A stretch of 64,000 bases of DNA, taken from positions 2,200-66,199 of the forward strand of contig CAZKJI010000001.1 in NCBI GenBank assembly GCA_964553005.1, read 5' to 3'. Positions 1 to 9,581 of this stretch are shown here, one piece after another; within the stretch, counting starts at the first letter, position 1; each line of letters starts with the position of its first letter. This stretch comes from an uncultured Acinetobacter sp. GTDB lineage: Bacteria; Pseudomonadota; Gammaproteobacteria; Pseudomonadales; Moraxellaceae. The notes under the pieces were generated by a model that was not told the origin of the DNA, searched no databases, and saw only the letters and a program-made list of their open reading frames with translations. Position numbers and translations under genes: made by a program.

Positions 1-32
1 TTGAGTTGCTCAAATTGTACGAGGGTCGTCAT
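1..32 (-). CDS. trpE: Anthranilate synthase component I, 5' end only (runs off the window)
   Basis: ATG at 32 reads MTTLVQFEQL, like the recalled N-terminus of Acinetobacter TrpE; purine-rich SD upstream; gph-trpE order is conserved in Pseudomonadales. Confidence 0.75.
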   Translation of the reverse strand, partial: MTTLVQFEQL

Positions 33-81
33 GAATTTTCTCTATAGTTTCGATTTTTGTGCGTTTTCGTTTAATGCTGCT

Positions 82-117
82 TCAAGCCCGCCATCGAAAA
101 ACCATAACAGCTTTCAT
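82..117 (-). CDS. Putative trp leader peptide MKAVMVFRWRA (11 aa)
   Basis: ATG overlaps the gph TGA (ATGA); GAGGAG SD 6 nt upstream; one TGG codon; ends 49 nt before the trpE ATG. Confidence 0.6.
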   Translation of the reverse strand: MKAVMVFRWRA

Positions 118-806
118 GCCTTTCTCCTCACCAAATCTTCCTCAACCAATTCTTCCAGACTATCCACCACCTGTTGTGGCTGGCAGTCATGGATATTTTC
201 CCCATGATTATAGCCATAGCTGACCACAATACAATCTATACCTGCACGTCTGGCGGCTTCCACATCATTACTTGAGTCGCCAATCATCAGGGTTTCCGCC
301 GTAGACACCTGACACAGTTGCATACAATGCAGCAATGGCAATGGGTGGGGTTTACGCTCAGGCAAGGTATCTCCACCAATGACCATGTTGAAATAGGGGG
401 AAAGTGACAGGATATCCAGAATACCGCGCGCCAAATGTTCAGGTTTATTGGTCACACACGCCATCACAATGTTATGGCTCTGGCAATAGTCAAGGAAAGA
501 TAATACACCTGTGTAGACCTGGGTATTGACACACAACTCCTGAGCATAAATGTCCACAAACGTATCCAGCAATTGCTTTTGCTGCTCAGTATTCACCTGC
601 CCAAATATATGTTCAAGTACGGTCTCACATAGTTTTGCCGCGCCCTTACCCACCCATGCGCGCACCTGCTCTTCCGTCACCAAAGGAAATTCCAGTTTTT
701 CCAGACTCAGGTTCATGGCACGATATAAATCGGCGGCGGAATCAACCAGCGTTCCATCCAGATCAAATAAAATAAGACTACGGTTTTGTAACTGTGCAAC
801 AGACAT
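114..806 (-). CDS. gph: Phosphoglycolate phosphatase (HAD family)
   Basis: FDLDGTLVDS motif I, TNKP, KPHP, IGDSSND; likely start MSVAQ at 806 (ORF track extends to 854). Confidence 0.9.
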   Translation of the reverse strand: MSVAQLQNRSLILFDLDGTLVDSAADLYRAMNLSLEKLEFPLVTEEQVRAWVGKGAAKLCETVLEHIFGQVNTEQQKQLLDTFVDIYAQELCVNTQVYTGVLSFLDYCQSHNIVMACVTNKPEHLARGILDILSLSPYFNMVIGGDTLPERKPHPLPLLHCMQLCQVSTAETLMIGDSSNDVEAARRAGIDCIVVSYGYNHGENIHDCQPQQVVDSLEELVEEDLVRRKA

Positions 807-872
807 TGAATTTACCCAGAAATAAAAAGGCATGCTTTCCAGCATGCCTTTCATTGTAGAAGCTTAGACTGA

Positions 873-1496
873 TTATTTAAAGAACAGCCAGGCAATCACC
901 GCCAAAATCACTAAAATAATAATGGAAATCAGGCCAACCGAAGCATTTTTTTGCTGCTCCTTTTCCTGAGCCACACGGGAGACTGGCTCTTCCATAGGCA
1001 CAGGCTTTGGTTCAGCAACTACCTCAACTCGTACATTTTCTGGTATTGGTGCAGGTTTTGGGATGGAAACCTGTTGTGGCATGCCATCACGCGTAATGCC
1101 AGTTTCAGCAGCACGCTCAGCAATGCTTGGCATTCCCTGATCATGCGGTACTGTCGTTACTGGCTGAGCTTCAATTTCAGGTAAATCAGCCTTATAACGC
1201 TCAGGAGCAAGAATCATAAACATAAAACTGGCAAACTGGAGCATATCCCCATCATGCAATTCTATTTCCTGTTCCTGCTCAACACGCTCACCATTCACAA
1301 ATGTTCCATTTGTAGAGTTTAAATCTTTTACCCAAATATGGTCATCTCTAAACAGTAATGCAGCATGTTTTCGTGAAATATCAGTGGACTGCAACAAAAT
1401 TTCAGCGTCCTGATGCCGCCCCACCAGCATGTCACGTTGGACATTAATTTCCTGCCCCGTAAATTCACCTGTAATGGCTTGCAGTTTCCAAGTCAT
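873..1496 (-). CDS. FHA domain protein with C-terminal membrane anchor
   Basis: VGR...ISRKHA...DLNSTNGTFVNG FHA signature; Pro-rich linker; hydrophobic C-terminal helix. Confidence 0.9.
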   Translation of the reverse strand: MTWKLQAITGEFTGQEINVQRDMLVGRHQDAEILLQSTDISRKHAALLFRDDHIWVKDLNSTNGTFVNGERVEQEQEIELHDGDMLQFASFMFMILAPERYKADLPEIEAQPVTTVPHDQGMPSIAERAAETGITRDGMPQQVSIPKPAPIPENVRVEVVAEPKPVPMEEPVSRVAQEKEQQKNASVGLISIIILVILAVIAWLFFK

Positions 1497-1560
1497 AGAT
1501 GCCTATCCTTATCATATTTTCTTGCAATCATAACATTTTGACACAAGCGCTTCTGTGCAT

Positions 1561-3819
1561 CTACTGTGAATACGCAGGGCGGATGGTTGTTGTTGTCACC
1601 GTATTTTTGCTCCGTTCAGTCGCCCTAGCGGGAAGCTGTATGCTTTGCCTCTGCACAGGTGGCGCATCAACAGCAACAGGTGTGGTCACCACAACTGTCT
1701 TGCTTTGTATTGCTGTTGGAACTTTTTGATAGGGTGAGCTATTCAGCGTAGGTTGTTGCTGGTAAATATCCCCAACATTTTCTGGCAGTTTTGCAAAGTT
1801 ACCATTGTTATCCATCGCAAGCTGTAAGCTGTAAAGCTGGTTATAGCGTTGCTGCGATAAACGGCGTACATCATCGGCATCGCCTACAATAGTTGGATGG
1901 ATAAACACCAGTAGGTTGCGCTTTTCGTTGCTTATACTGTCAGCTCGGAATAAACGCCCCAGATAAGGAATATCACTCAGTCCAGGAACACCCTGACGTG
2001 ACAATGCAGTATTATCCGCAATCAAACCACCCAGCACCACCGTCTGACCATGTTCAGCAAGTACCGCAGTTTTAATGGCGCGCTTATTGGTGACAAGGTC
2101 GGTTGCCTGACCTTTGTTGTTCTGAACATCCGAAACTTCCTGCTCAACCTCAAGGCGAACCGTACCATTTTCACCAATATGCGGAACCACCTTTAACGTA
2201 ACACCAACATCCTTACGCTCAACAGTGGTATAAGGGTTTACCGTACCTGACGTTCCTGTCGATACCGAACCCGTGACAAACGGAACGTTCTGGCCCACAA
2301 CAATATAGGCTTCTTCATTGTCCATCGTCACGATCGAAGGGGTGGACAAGAAATTAGATTTGGTATTGGTTTTCAAGGCTTGTATCAACGCACCATAAGC
2401 TTTGCGTGAATTCTCAAAATTACCTACCCCGAATGTAGCGCCATTGCCTTTGCTGGCATCTCCAGCAATGGCTGCGGCTGCGCCACTTGCCCCAGCACTG
2501 GCATAACCTGCGGCAATTGATGCGAGACTTGCCCCGACATTACTAAAACTCATCAGGCCAACACCACTGCTTAAATCACCCAATGCCCATTGAATCCCCA
2601 ATTGATCTGCATCATTTCCTGATACCTCAATAATTGCGGCCTCAATCAAGACTTGCTGACGGCGAATATCCAACTGTTGAATGGCTGCCTCAATTTCACG
2701 CATCAGTTGTGGGTCAGCTTTTACCACCAAGGCATTTTGAGTACCATCAGCAATAATACTGACACCATTGCCATTAAAACTGGTGATGCCAGCATTGTTC
2801 TGACTGTTATTAAAACCACTGTTCAGGTTAATGGATGAGTTGACACCAGCAGGAGAACTCCCACTCTGCCCCTGACTACCAGAAGTTAAGTTAGTTGTCG
2901 GGCTGGATTTATTACTATTGTTTGAGGTGGATGATGAGGAAACAGACTGTCCCGTCACCAATCCTTGCAGGATCTCAGCCAGATTCTTTGCACTGGCATA
3001 TTTTAAACGGAATACTTTTAAGCCACCCAAACGGTCTGCCGATGGCACATCCAGCATTTCAATAGTATGGCGCAAACGCTTACGTGAATCAGGATCGCCC
3101 TTGATCAGGATTCGGTTGGTTCGATTATCGGCAATGATACGTACACGCGAACCAATAAAATCTTTCGACGCACCTGTCGCACTCATGGTTTCGAGCAAAC
3201 CAATAACTTCTTCAGCCTGACTTGATTGCAAACTGATCGCTTCAATATCATTTTGCCCTGTACCATCCAAATTACGGATAATATTTTCAAGTTGATAAAT
3301 ATTCGTCGCACGATCTGAAACAATCAAAGCATTGGTGCCAGCCACAGCAGCTAAATGTGCAAATTGTGGCATTAATGGTCTTAACGCAGGAATCAAATCA
3401 TTTGGGTTCGTATTTTGCAACCAAATAACGCGAGTGACTATTTGATCTCCACCTGCACGGTTACGTGCATCATAAGGAATGCCTGAGTTTTTCGCATTAC
3501 TGTCAGGAACAAGTTTTACCGTATTTCCAGAGGGTAATGCCACTACCCCATTGACATTCAGCACGCCCAAAAACAGGTCGTAGACCTCATCTTTATTGAG
3601 TGGCTTGTTGGAAATCACCGTCACATTGCCACGTACACGTGGGTCAACTGCAAAATTCTTGCCTGTAATATCAGCAACTTCATTAATGAATGCAGTTAAG
3701 TCTGCATCACGTAGATTGATCTTCCATGTTTGTGCCTGCGCCTGAGTACTGATGGTCGCAACCAGTGGTGCGGCGGCAAGTAGTGCCCAAAGTGGACGTT
3801 GATGATTCAAGAAAGCCAT
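1561..3819 (-). CDS. gspD: Type II secretion system secretin GspD
   Basis: Signal peptide, N0 domain (INLRDADLTAFI, VDPRVRGNVT), secretin domain (QVLIEAAIIEV, VPGLSDIPYLGRLF); alternative GTG start at 3828. Confidence 0.95.
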   Translation of the reverse strand: MAFLNHQRPLWALLAAAPLVATISTQAQAQTWKINLRDADLTAFINEVADITGKNFAVDPRVRGNVTVISNKPLNKDEVYDLFLGVLNVNGVVALPSGNTVKLVPDSNAKNSGIPYDARNRAGGDQIVTRVIWLQNTNPNDLIPALRPLMPQFAHLAAVAGTNALIVSDRATNIYQLENIIRNLDGTGQNDIEAISLQSSQAEEVIGLLETMSATGASKDFIGSRVRIIADNRTNRILIKGDPDSRKRLRHTIEMLDVPSADRLGGLKVFRLKYASAKNLAEILQGLVTGQSVSSSSTSNNSNKSSPTTNLTSGSQGQSGSSPAGVNSSINLNSGFNNSQNNAGITSFNGNGVSIIADGTQNALVVKADPQLMREIEAAIQQLDIRRQQVLIEAAIIEVSGNDADQLGIQWALGDLSSGVGLMSFSNVGASLASIAAGYASAGASGAAAAIAGDASKGNGATFGVGNFENSRKAYGALIQALKTNTKSNFLSTPSIVTMDNEEAYIVVGQNVPFVTGSVSTGTSGTVNPYTTVERKDVGVTLKVVPHIGENGTVRLEVEQEVSDVQNNKGQATDLVTNKRAIKTAVLAEHGQTVVLGGLIADNTALSRQGVPGLSDIPYLGRLFRADSISNEKRNLLVFIHPTIVGDADDVRRLSQQRYNQLYSLQLAMDNNGNFAKLPENVGDIYQQQPTLNSSPYQKVPTAIQSKTVVVTTPVAVDAPPVQRQSIQLPARATERSKNTVTTTTIRPAYSQ

Positions 3820-3859
3820 AACTTGCACTTGTTCCTAACTTGTGGTGACGGTGTTATCA

Positions 3860-4696
3860 CTAAAAACTCTGTTGTATGGTCATCACTTGATCACCACGTT
3901 TTATTTCTATTTTGGCATGTCCCTCACGACGTACTTGCTCTAGTAATTGTACTTCGCTGAGTCCTGGTCCAATGGTCTGACCGTTGACCGATAGGATACG
4001 ATCACCCGAGCGTAAACCCAAGGTGTTTTTTAAGGCACTGGGCGTCCGATCCGATATTTCATAACCATCCGCTCCGCCAGCGACACCCATATTTTTCAGA
4101 TATTGCTCACGGTTGTCCTGCATTTGCTGAATGGCCTGACCTAGAGCAGATTGTGCAGTATTCTGTGCTGGTGGTGTCTGAGGTGGCACACTGTTGCTGT
4201 TATTCGTTGATACTGGTGCAATTGGCTGATAAAGCCCCTTATCCAGTCCCTTGAACTTGACTTCACGGGTTGCACCATTGCCCTGCCTTAAAATGACATG
4301 ATCCCAGTACACTTCCGCCAGTTGATATGAAGTCGAACCAATTGTTTCCCCTACACGATAACGCTCGGCAGTATCATTCAGCTTAATCACCGCGGAAGAT
4401 AAATAACTTGGGTAGCCCAATAGGACACCCTGTAGTTCCAAATTCACATTGTCCTGTGCCGTTGTTGCCGCAGGTTCATTAAACAGGGCAAATGAACTGA
4501 TGTTTGGCACCCTTGCCTGCTGTGAACCCAGCTCAACCTGATTAAACTGCATCGGCTGTGGCGGTGCAACCACCCACCAGAACAATGAGGCCAGCTTCCA
4601 GCATAACCATAGAATCAGCACCACCAGAACCAGCGCACTGAGTTTATCCAGCTTTTGCCAGCGTAACTGCTGCATTTTCTGCATCAATGCATTCAT
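3860..4696 (-). CDS. gspC: Type II secretion system protein GspC (TM, HR and PDZ-like domains)
   Basis: N-terminal TM helix, LELQGV HR domain, LGLRSGDRILSVNG PDZ; directly upstream of gspD. Confidence 0.85.
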   Translation of the reverse strand: MNALMQKMQQLRWQKLDKLSALVLVVLILWLCWKLASLFWWVVAPPQPMQFNQVELGSQQARVPNISSFALFNEPAATTAQDNVNLELQGVLLGYPSYLSSAVIKLNDTAERYRVGETIGSTSYQLAEVYWDHVILRQGNGATREVKFKGLDKGLYQPIAPVSTNNSNSVPPQTPPAQNTAQSALGQAIQQMQDNREQYLKNMGVAGGADGYEISDRTPSALKNTLGLRSGDRILSVNGQTIGPGLSEVQLLEQVRREGHAKIEIKRGDQVMTIQQSF

Positions 4697-5439
4697 TAGA
4701 AACCACCCTGCAACAATGGCTGACGAGAACTGATCACATAGGTGTCCAGTCCAGCCTTGCCTTGATATGATGGAATATTCAACAGCATACGTTGTGTCAA
4801 CTGCACATCTAACATGAAACTCGGGTCCAAGCTAAGATTTGCCATTTTTTGACTGCGCTGGTCACGGACATCAATCTGTAGTTGCCCGTTTTCATCCTTT
4901 AATTCAGCGATCAGGGATGGCATGTTCATACGGTCCTGACGCTGGCCAAAGGTATAGCTCAATTCACCGCCACCCCAATGCAACTGGCCTTTTGCCGAAC
5001 CAAAACCTTTTTCTTTCTGATAGTTTAACTGCACATCCTTGAGCTGAATCGCATTTTGGGGCCATTGCCAATTTGCAAAATATTTTAGTGTCTCAGGTGA
5101 GATTGTTCCCTGTAAGTCCCTGACCATAATTTTTTGGCCAAAACCATAGCCAAACACACCATTGAACTGAGTATTGCCACTATGAATATCGAGGTTGGCA
5201 CCCAAACGCATGAGCAACAGGTCTAAAGGACGTGTTTTCCAGTGTACCGAACCACGCAGTTGACCTTGCTGCCAATCTGCCTGCCCCTGCCAGATATTGC
5301 CGCTGACATTATGTAATATTTGATTATCTTTTGAAAATTTCGCAATTAACCATGTTGCTGGAATTTGTAAAATAATAAAAATTAAAAATGCAAATATGGC
5401 GAAAATCCACCATTTCCATTGTTTGGTTTTTTTCTTCAT
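4696..5439 (-). CDS. gspN: Type II secretion system protein GspN
   Basis: Basic N-terminus, TM helix ending in IPA, VSGNIWQG motif; gspNCD order. Confidence 0.85.
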   Translation of the reverse strand: MKKKTKQWKWWIFAIFAFLIFIILQIPATWLIAKFSKDNQILHNVSGNIWQGQADWQQGQLRGSVHWKTRPLDLLLMRLGANLDIHSGNTQFNGVFGYGFGQKIMVRDLQGTISPETLKYFANWQWPQNAIQLKDVQLNYQKEKGFGSAKGQLHWGGGELSYTFGQRQDRMNMPSLIAELKDENGQLQIDVRDQRSQKMANLSLDPSFMLDVQLTQRMLLNIPSYQGKAGLDTYVISSRQPLLQGGF

Positions 5440-5537
5440 TCCATCCTTACCAACATGCAACAGACCGTCCATTTTGAGAAACTTGCTCTCCGAATGACAT
5501 TATGCATACTTTTTCAACATCGCCAATTCTCTGATAT

Positions 5538-5565
5538 AAAAAAACCAAGCTTTTTCAGCCTGGCT
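5538..5565 (-). terminator. Intrinsic terminator of hns
   Basis: Minus strand CCAGGCT-gaaaa-AGCTTGG followed by a T run. Confidence 0.6.
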
Positions 5566-5618
5566 CTTGAATCAGGATAAAGTCATCGTATGACAAAACA
5601 ATGACTTTTAAAACTTGA

Positions 5619-5945
5619 TTAGATTAAGAAATCTTCAAGTTTTGCACCTTTTTCTAATTCAGCAACCAACCAGCGTGGTTGTTTACCACGACCTGTCCAG
5701 GTTTCTTCAGCATTATTTTTATTACGGTAACGCGGCTCTACTGCCTTACGCGTTGTTTTTTTACGTTTTTGCTCACCAAGCTCCAATAGTTCCTCAACAC
5801 TGAATCCAACACTTTCAGCAATCGCAAGAATCTGGTCATAGGCATCTTCAATGGCCTGGTCTTTTTTACTTGCAATTAAAGCTTCTGCTTCCACCTGCAA
5901 ACGTTTTAGGTCTTCAACAGATAAATCACTAATATCGGGTTTCAT
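5619..5945 (-). CDS. hns: H-NS family nucleoid protein
   Basis: PRYRN...ETWTGRGKQPRW DNA-binding motif. Confidence 0.95.
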   Translation of the reverse strand: MKPDISDLSVEDLKRLQVEAEALIASKKDQAIEDAYDQILAIAESVGFSVEELLELGEQKRKKTTRKAVEPRYRNKNNAEETWTGRGKQPRWLVAELEKGAKLEDFLI

Positions 5946-6331
5946 TCGAACCACTCCAAATCAAAAAAGGGAATATATCACTCAAAAATAAAAACGAATT
6001 TAAAAATTCAATTCCATATTAATTTATAAGTGATTAAATAATCAATATCAGAATAGTCTACTTAATCGCATATATACAATAAAATCACTTTTTTATTTAC
6101 AATTAAATAAAATATACAGGATTCCGATCAATTAAATAAACTTAAACTAAATGAATTGTGACTGAGGTTCGATAGCAATAATATTAAATTTTTCTTAATT
6201 TTTACTAAAATATTTCTTATTCGATGATCTATAAAAGGGTTCTATTCGCTCAATGCATGATTAGAATTACAAAAGAACCCAATGATATAAATATCTATTT
6301 CAAGCACCCAAAATAGACATAATTGTCTTTA

Positions 6332-6781
6332 TTAATCAGCAGCAAGATTATGTCCTACACTGGCTTCAAGCTGAATAATTTTATCTCTAATCAACTCTGG
6401 AATATTCACTTTCTGTGAGGTTTGCTTATCTACACACACCAACACAGCTTCACCCGTTGCAACAACCTGGTTTTGTGCCTGGCTCCATAAAATATAATGC
6501 ATACGAAATGCACTGTTTCTCAGTTCTTCAATGCGTGCCCCAATATGCAATACATCGGGATAGAATACTGGCCTTAAATATTTACACTGGCTGGAAGCCA
6601 CCACAGTCAATATATCATTTTCGAATATATTTAATGCCATTAAATACGCAATTCGCGCACTTTCAATATATCGGTAATACTGCACATTATTGACATGGCC
6701 AAAAGCATCCATATCTCCCCAAGCCACAGTTTGCTCATGAATAATAGGATAGGTAGATTGTTCCTGCATATTTTTACTCAT
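6332..6781 (-). CDS. Acyl-CoA thioesterase (4HBT/YbgC hot-dog family)
   Basis: VAWGDMDAFGHVNNVQYYRYIESAR motif; start overlaps the hemY stop. Confidence 0.9.
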   Translation of the reverse strand: MSKNMQEQSTYPIIHEQTVAWGDMDAFGHVNNVQYYRYIESARIAYLMALNIFENDILTVVASSQCKYLRPVFYPDVLHIGARIEELRNSAFRMHYILWSQAQNQVVATGEAVLVCVDKQTSQKVNIPELIRDKIIQLEASVGHNLAAD

Positions 6782-7974
6782 ATCTTAAAGTTAAGAAAAT
6801 TAACATCATTTTCAAAGATTAAATTTAACTGCCTGATTAAATCAGGATTATCTCCCAACATGGTTTTAATACGTAGGTAGCTCATTAAAATATTATCTGG
6901 ATATAAGCTTAACAATTGTTGCGCCTCATGCTGGCGCTGAGTCGCCACATAAATATGCCACTTGGCGAACGTCAACATAGGTACACTGGTATAACGCTGC
7001 TCAAGCTGGATTATACGCTGTTCTACATAGGCATAATCTGGAATCTGCTTTAATAACTGTTGCTGGAACCAAAGATAAAACACCTCTGGGTCAAAATGTT
7101 CCTGCAATAAATGTAAGGCTAAATCTTCGTGTTGCAGACTCATTTCTGGCAGTCGTGCCATTAATTTCAGCCATAGGACTTTACTGCTGTATGGTCGTGC
7201 CTGAATCTCACTTTGCAATGCCAAATAACGTTGCTGCAAGGCAATTAAATCATCGACTGAAGCCTGATCAAACTGAATCAGTAACTGTTGCAGCCATAAA
7301 TCACGATGTTCAGCGTCAAGTAAACCCTGCTGCGTGGTGCGTAAAAACAACCACGGTTTTTGCAATGCCAGCTTGCCCCATAAAATTGTAATACGTTGCT
7401 GATATGCGGTTTCAATTTCACTTAACCAAGGAGAAAGCTGGTGCTGGGCAAGAAATTCCAAATGCGTCAGTGCCTTTTCAGTTTCCTGCTGTTCTAGAAA
7501 AATATCGATACGCTGTAACTCAGCCAGTTCAAAAGCCATAGGAGCCGATTTTTCCAGATGCTGCAACGCAGTTTCATAATCTCCATTTCGATAATCAAAC
7601 TGCGCATCCACAATATTATTCAGCAAGCCTGATTGTGTAAAAACACGTTCAATAAATACCTGCTGGTCTTTGGCGGCATCCAGTAACCAAACAATGCCGA
7701 GTTGTTCATAGGGATGCAAGTCTCTAAAATGTAAAACTGTTTCTTTTTTTCGTTGCTCACGTGCCAAATAACGCCGAGCAAATATCCATAATAACTGTGC
7801 AAACAGACTCACTAAAATAAACAGCAGGATAAGACCCCAAACGCTGCTCTGGAATTGCCAATCGCGCCAGTAGATATAGACATAACCCGCGCCATAGCCA
7901 TAGTTCAATACGGCAAGCAGGGCAAAGATTAATAGACTGACAAGTAGATAAATCAATACAAGCTGTTTCATCAT
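6778..7974 (-). CDS. hemY: Heme biosynthesis-associated HemY-like membrane protein
   Basis: Two N-terminal TM helices with GYVYI, helical-repeat body; last gene of hemCDXY synteny. Confidence 0.75.
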   Translation of the reverse strand: MMKQLVLIYLLVSLLIFALLAVLNYGYGAGYVYIYWRDWQFQSSVWGLILLFILVSLFAQLLWIFARRYLAREQRKKETVLHFRDLHPYEQLGIVWLLDAAKDQQVFIERVFTQSGLLNNIVDAQFDYRNGDYETALQHLEKSAPMAFELAELQRIDIFLEQQETEKALTHLEFLAQHQLSPWLSEIETAYQQRITILWGKLALQKPWLFLRTTQQGLLDAEHRDLWLQQLLIQFDQASVDDLIALQQRYLALQSEIQARPYSSKVLWLKLMARLPEMSLQHEDLALHLLQEHFDPEVFYLWFQQQLLKQIPDYAYVEQRIIQLEQRYTSVPMLTFAKWHIYVATQRQHEAQQLLSLYPDNILMSYLRIKTMLGDNPDLIRQLNLIFENDVNFLNFKI

Positions 7975-7977
7975 TCG

Positions 7978-8808
7978 CTACCCCAACAAACTAAGCGTTG
8001 TTAGTTTTGGTGTGGGCACAGCAGGTAAATTTAATACTTTTTCCAGTCGCGACCTTATCTGTTGGCTCTTTTGGTCAGGCAATTTCACAAGTAGCTGTAT
8101 GACCTCCTGAACTGACTTTCGGTATTCAGAAGTTTGTCCCTGGTTTAAGGCCTGGGATGCCAGCAATAATCGTAACTGCGCCTCCTTGAGTACCACATGA
8201 CGGTTCATTAAATCCGTAGCAGGCTGTTCAACCCTTTCCAGCTTGAACCATTGCCACCATGAACCACTTGCATTCTTTTGCAGCGTAATGCTGGGATTGG
8301 AGATTTCTTGCTGGATTTTTTGATCCAGTTGTTGCAGTAGATTATCCAGTTGCTGCTGTTGTTGTGTTTGTGCCAGTACAAACTGTTGAATGGCTAGCCG
8401 ATCCTGCTCAATTGCCTTCATTAAACTTTGTTGCAATGCAGGAGCAACCGCATATTGAACGATCTGCTGCTTTAACTGATTTAAATGCTCAAGTGCATAG
8501 ATAAACTGCTGCTGTTCCACTGCAAACTGAATCAACTGCAAGTGTTGCTTAATCAGAATAATCGGGGCGACACCTGCAACGATTGCTGGCATGGTCACCG
8601 TATTTTCGGCAGGTTCCACAACACGGTTATTCTGGGCCTGACGCTGTACAGCAACAAACTGGTCATTCAGCAGTGCATAGCGCTGTTCTGTTTGATCAAG
8701 CTGCTGTTGAAGCTGGGGAATCGTTTGAGAATATTGTGCAACATCATAACTAAGCTTGGCCAACCACACCAAACCCAGCCCTAATATTAGATATACAATT
8801 TTTCTCAT
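7978..8808 (-). CDS. HemX-like membrane-anchored coiled-coil protein
   Basis: N-terminal TM, Gln-rich coiled coil, QLRLLLASQAL; lies between hemD and hemY. Confidence 0.6.
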   Translation of the reverse strand: MRKIVYLILGLGLVWLAKLSYDVAQYSQTIPQLQQQLDQTEQRYALLNDQFVAVQRQAQNNRVVEPAENTVTMPAIVAGVAPIILIKQHLQLIQFAVEQQQFIYALEHLNQLKQQIVQYAVAPALQQSLMKAIEQDRLAIQQFVLAQTQQQQQLDNLLQQLDQKIQQEISNPSITLQKNASGSWWQWFKLERVEQPATDLMNRHVVLKEAQLRLLLASQALNQGQTSEYRKSVQEVIQLLVKLPDQKSQQIRSRLEKVLNLPAVPTPKLTTLSLLG

Positions 8809-9581
8809 AGATTTCCTTGCCAGTCATTTATGCGTTGAATCATCCCCGATGCAGACAAATTTTCAAGCGGAATAATGTTAAGTGCCACGCCCATCTGCAT
8901 TGCTGTATTTTCCAGTATCTTCACCAAACGCTCACCCAATACCAGATAAACCCACTGTGCCTGAATAGGGTGACGGCTACAAAGCTGCTGCCAGTAATTC
9001 CAGCTCGCTTCACTGCTGATCAGCACCATCGTCGGTTGACTGGGCTGAACCTGTTGCAGAATATGGGGAAAACGCTTCAAACTTATTTCAGGGCACTGCC
9101 GATGATACAGCACAAAATTAAGAATACTGATACCCTGCTGTTGCAGTTGCTGCATCATAAACTGTCGCCCACCTTGACCACGCCAAAACGCAATCCGACT
9201 TAAATGGGGATGCTGCCTTAAAATCGGCAGTTGCAACATGCCCTCGGAGTTTTCAATCTCAGGCACATCACTTTTAATATTAAACTTTGCCAATGCCTGT
9301 GCGGTGGTTTTTCCAACCGCAATCCACTGAATATGCGCCAACCGTTCCAAAGTGATACCTGCCTGTTGCAGATAACGCATCCCGATCTCAACGGCGGTTG
9401 GACTGACCACAACAATCACCTGCACCTGCTCAAGTTGTTGATAAAGTTGCTGCAATGCCTCAGAAAAAGATTCCGCCACCAATTCCAGCAAGGGCAGGCT
9501 TTCAACCTGATAGCCTGCCTCAGTCAATGCCTGGGTGAGGCTGGAGGCACGATCTGGAGGGCGGGTATTAATGAACAGCAT
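8805..9581 (-). CDS. hemD: Uroporphyrinogen-III synthase
   Basis: NTRP, VSPTAV, AVGKTTA, NSEGML, RGQGGR motifs; follows hemC. Confidence 0.92.
   Translation of the reverse strand: MLFINTRPPDRASSLTQALTEAGYQVESLPLLELVAESFSEALQQLYQQLEQVQVIVVVSPTAVEIGMRYLQQAGITLERLAHIQWIAVGKTTAQALAKFNIKSDVPEIENSEGMLQLPILRQHPHLSRIAFWRGQGGRQFMMQQLQQQGISILNFVLYHRQCPEISLKRFPHILQQVQPSQPTMVLISSEASWNYWQQLCSRHPIQAQWVYLVLGERLVKILENTAMQMGVALNIIPLENLSASGMIQRINDWQGNL

Noticed and set aside
2780-2950. Ser/Asn/Gly low-complexity stretch in GspD (also Ser-rich PbpG and Ala/Thr/Pro-rich AmtB linkers)
   Set aside because: Ordinary disordered linkers of these families; no tandem DNA repeat suggesting phase variation
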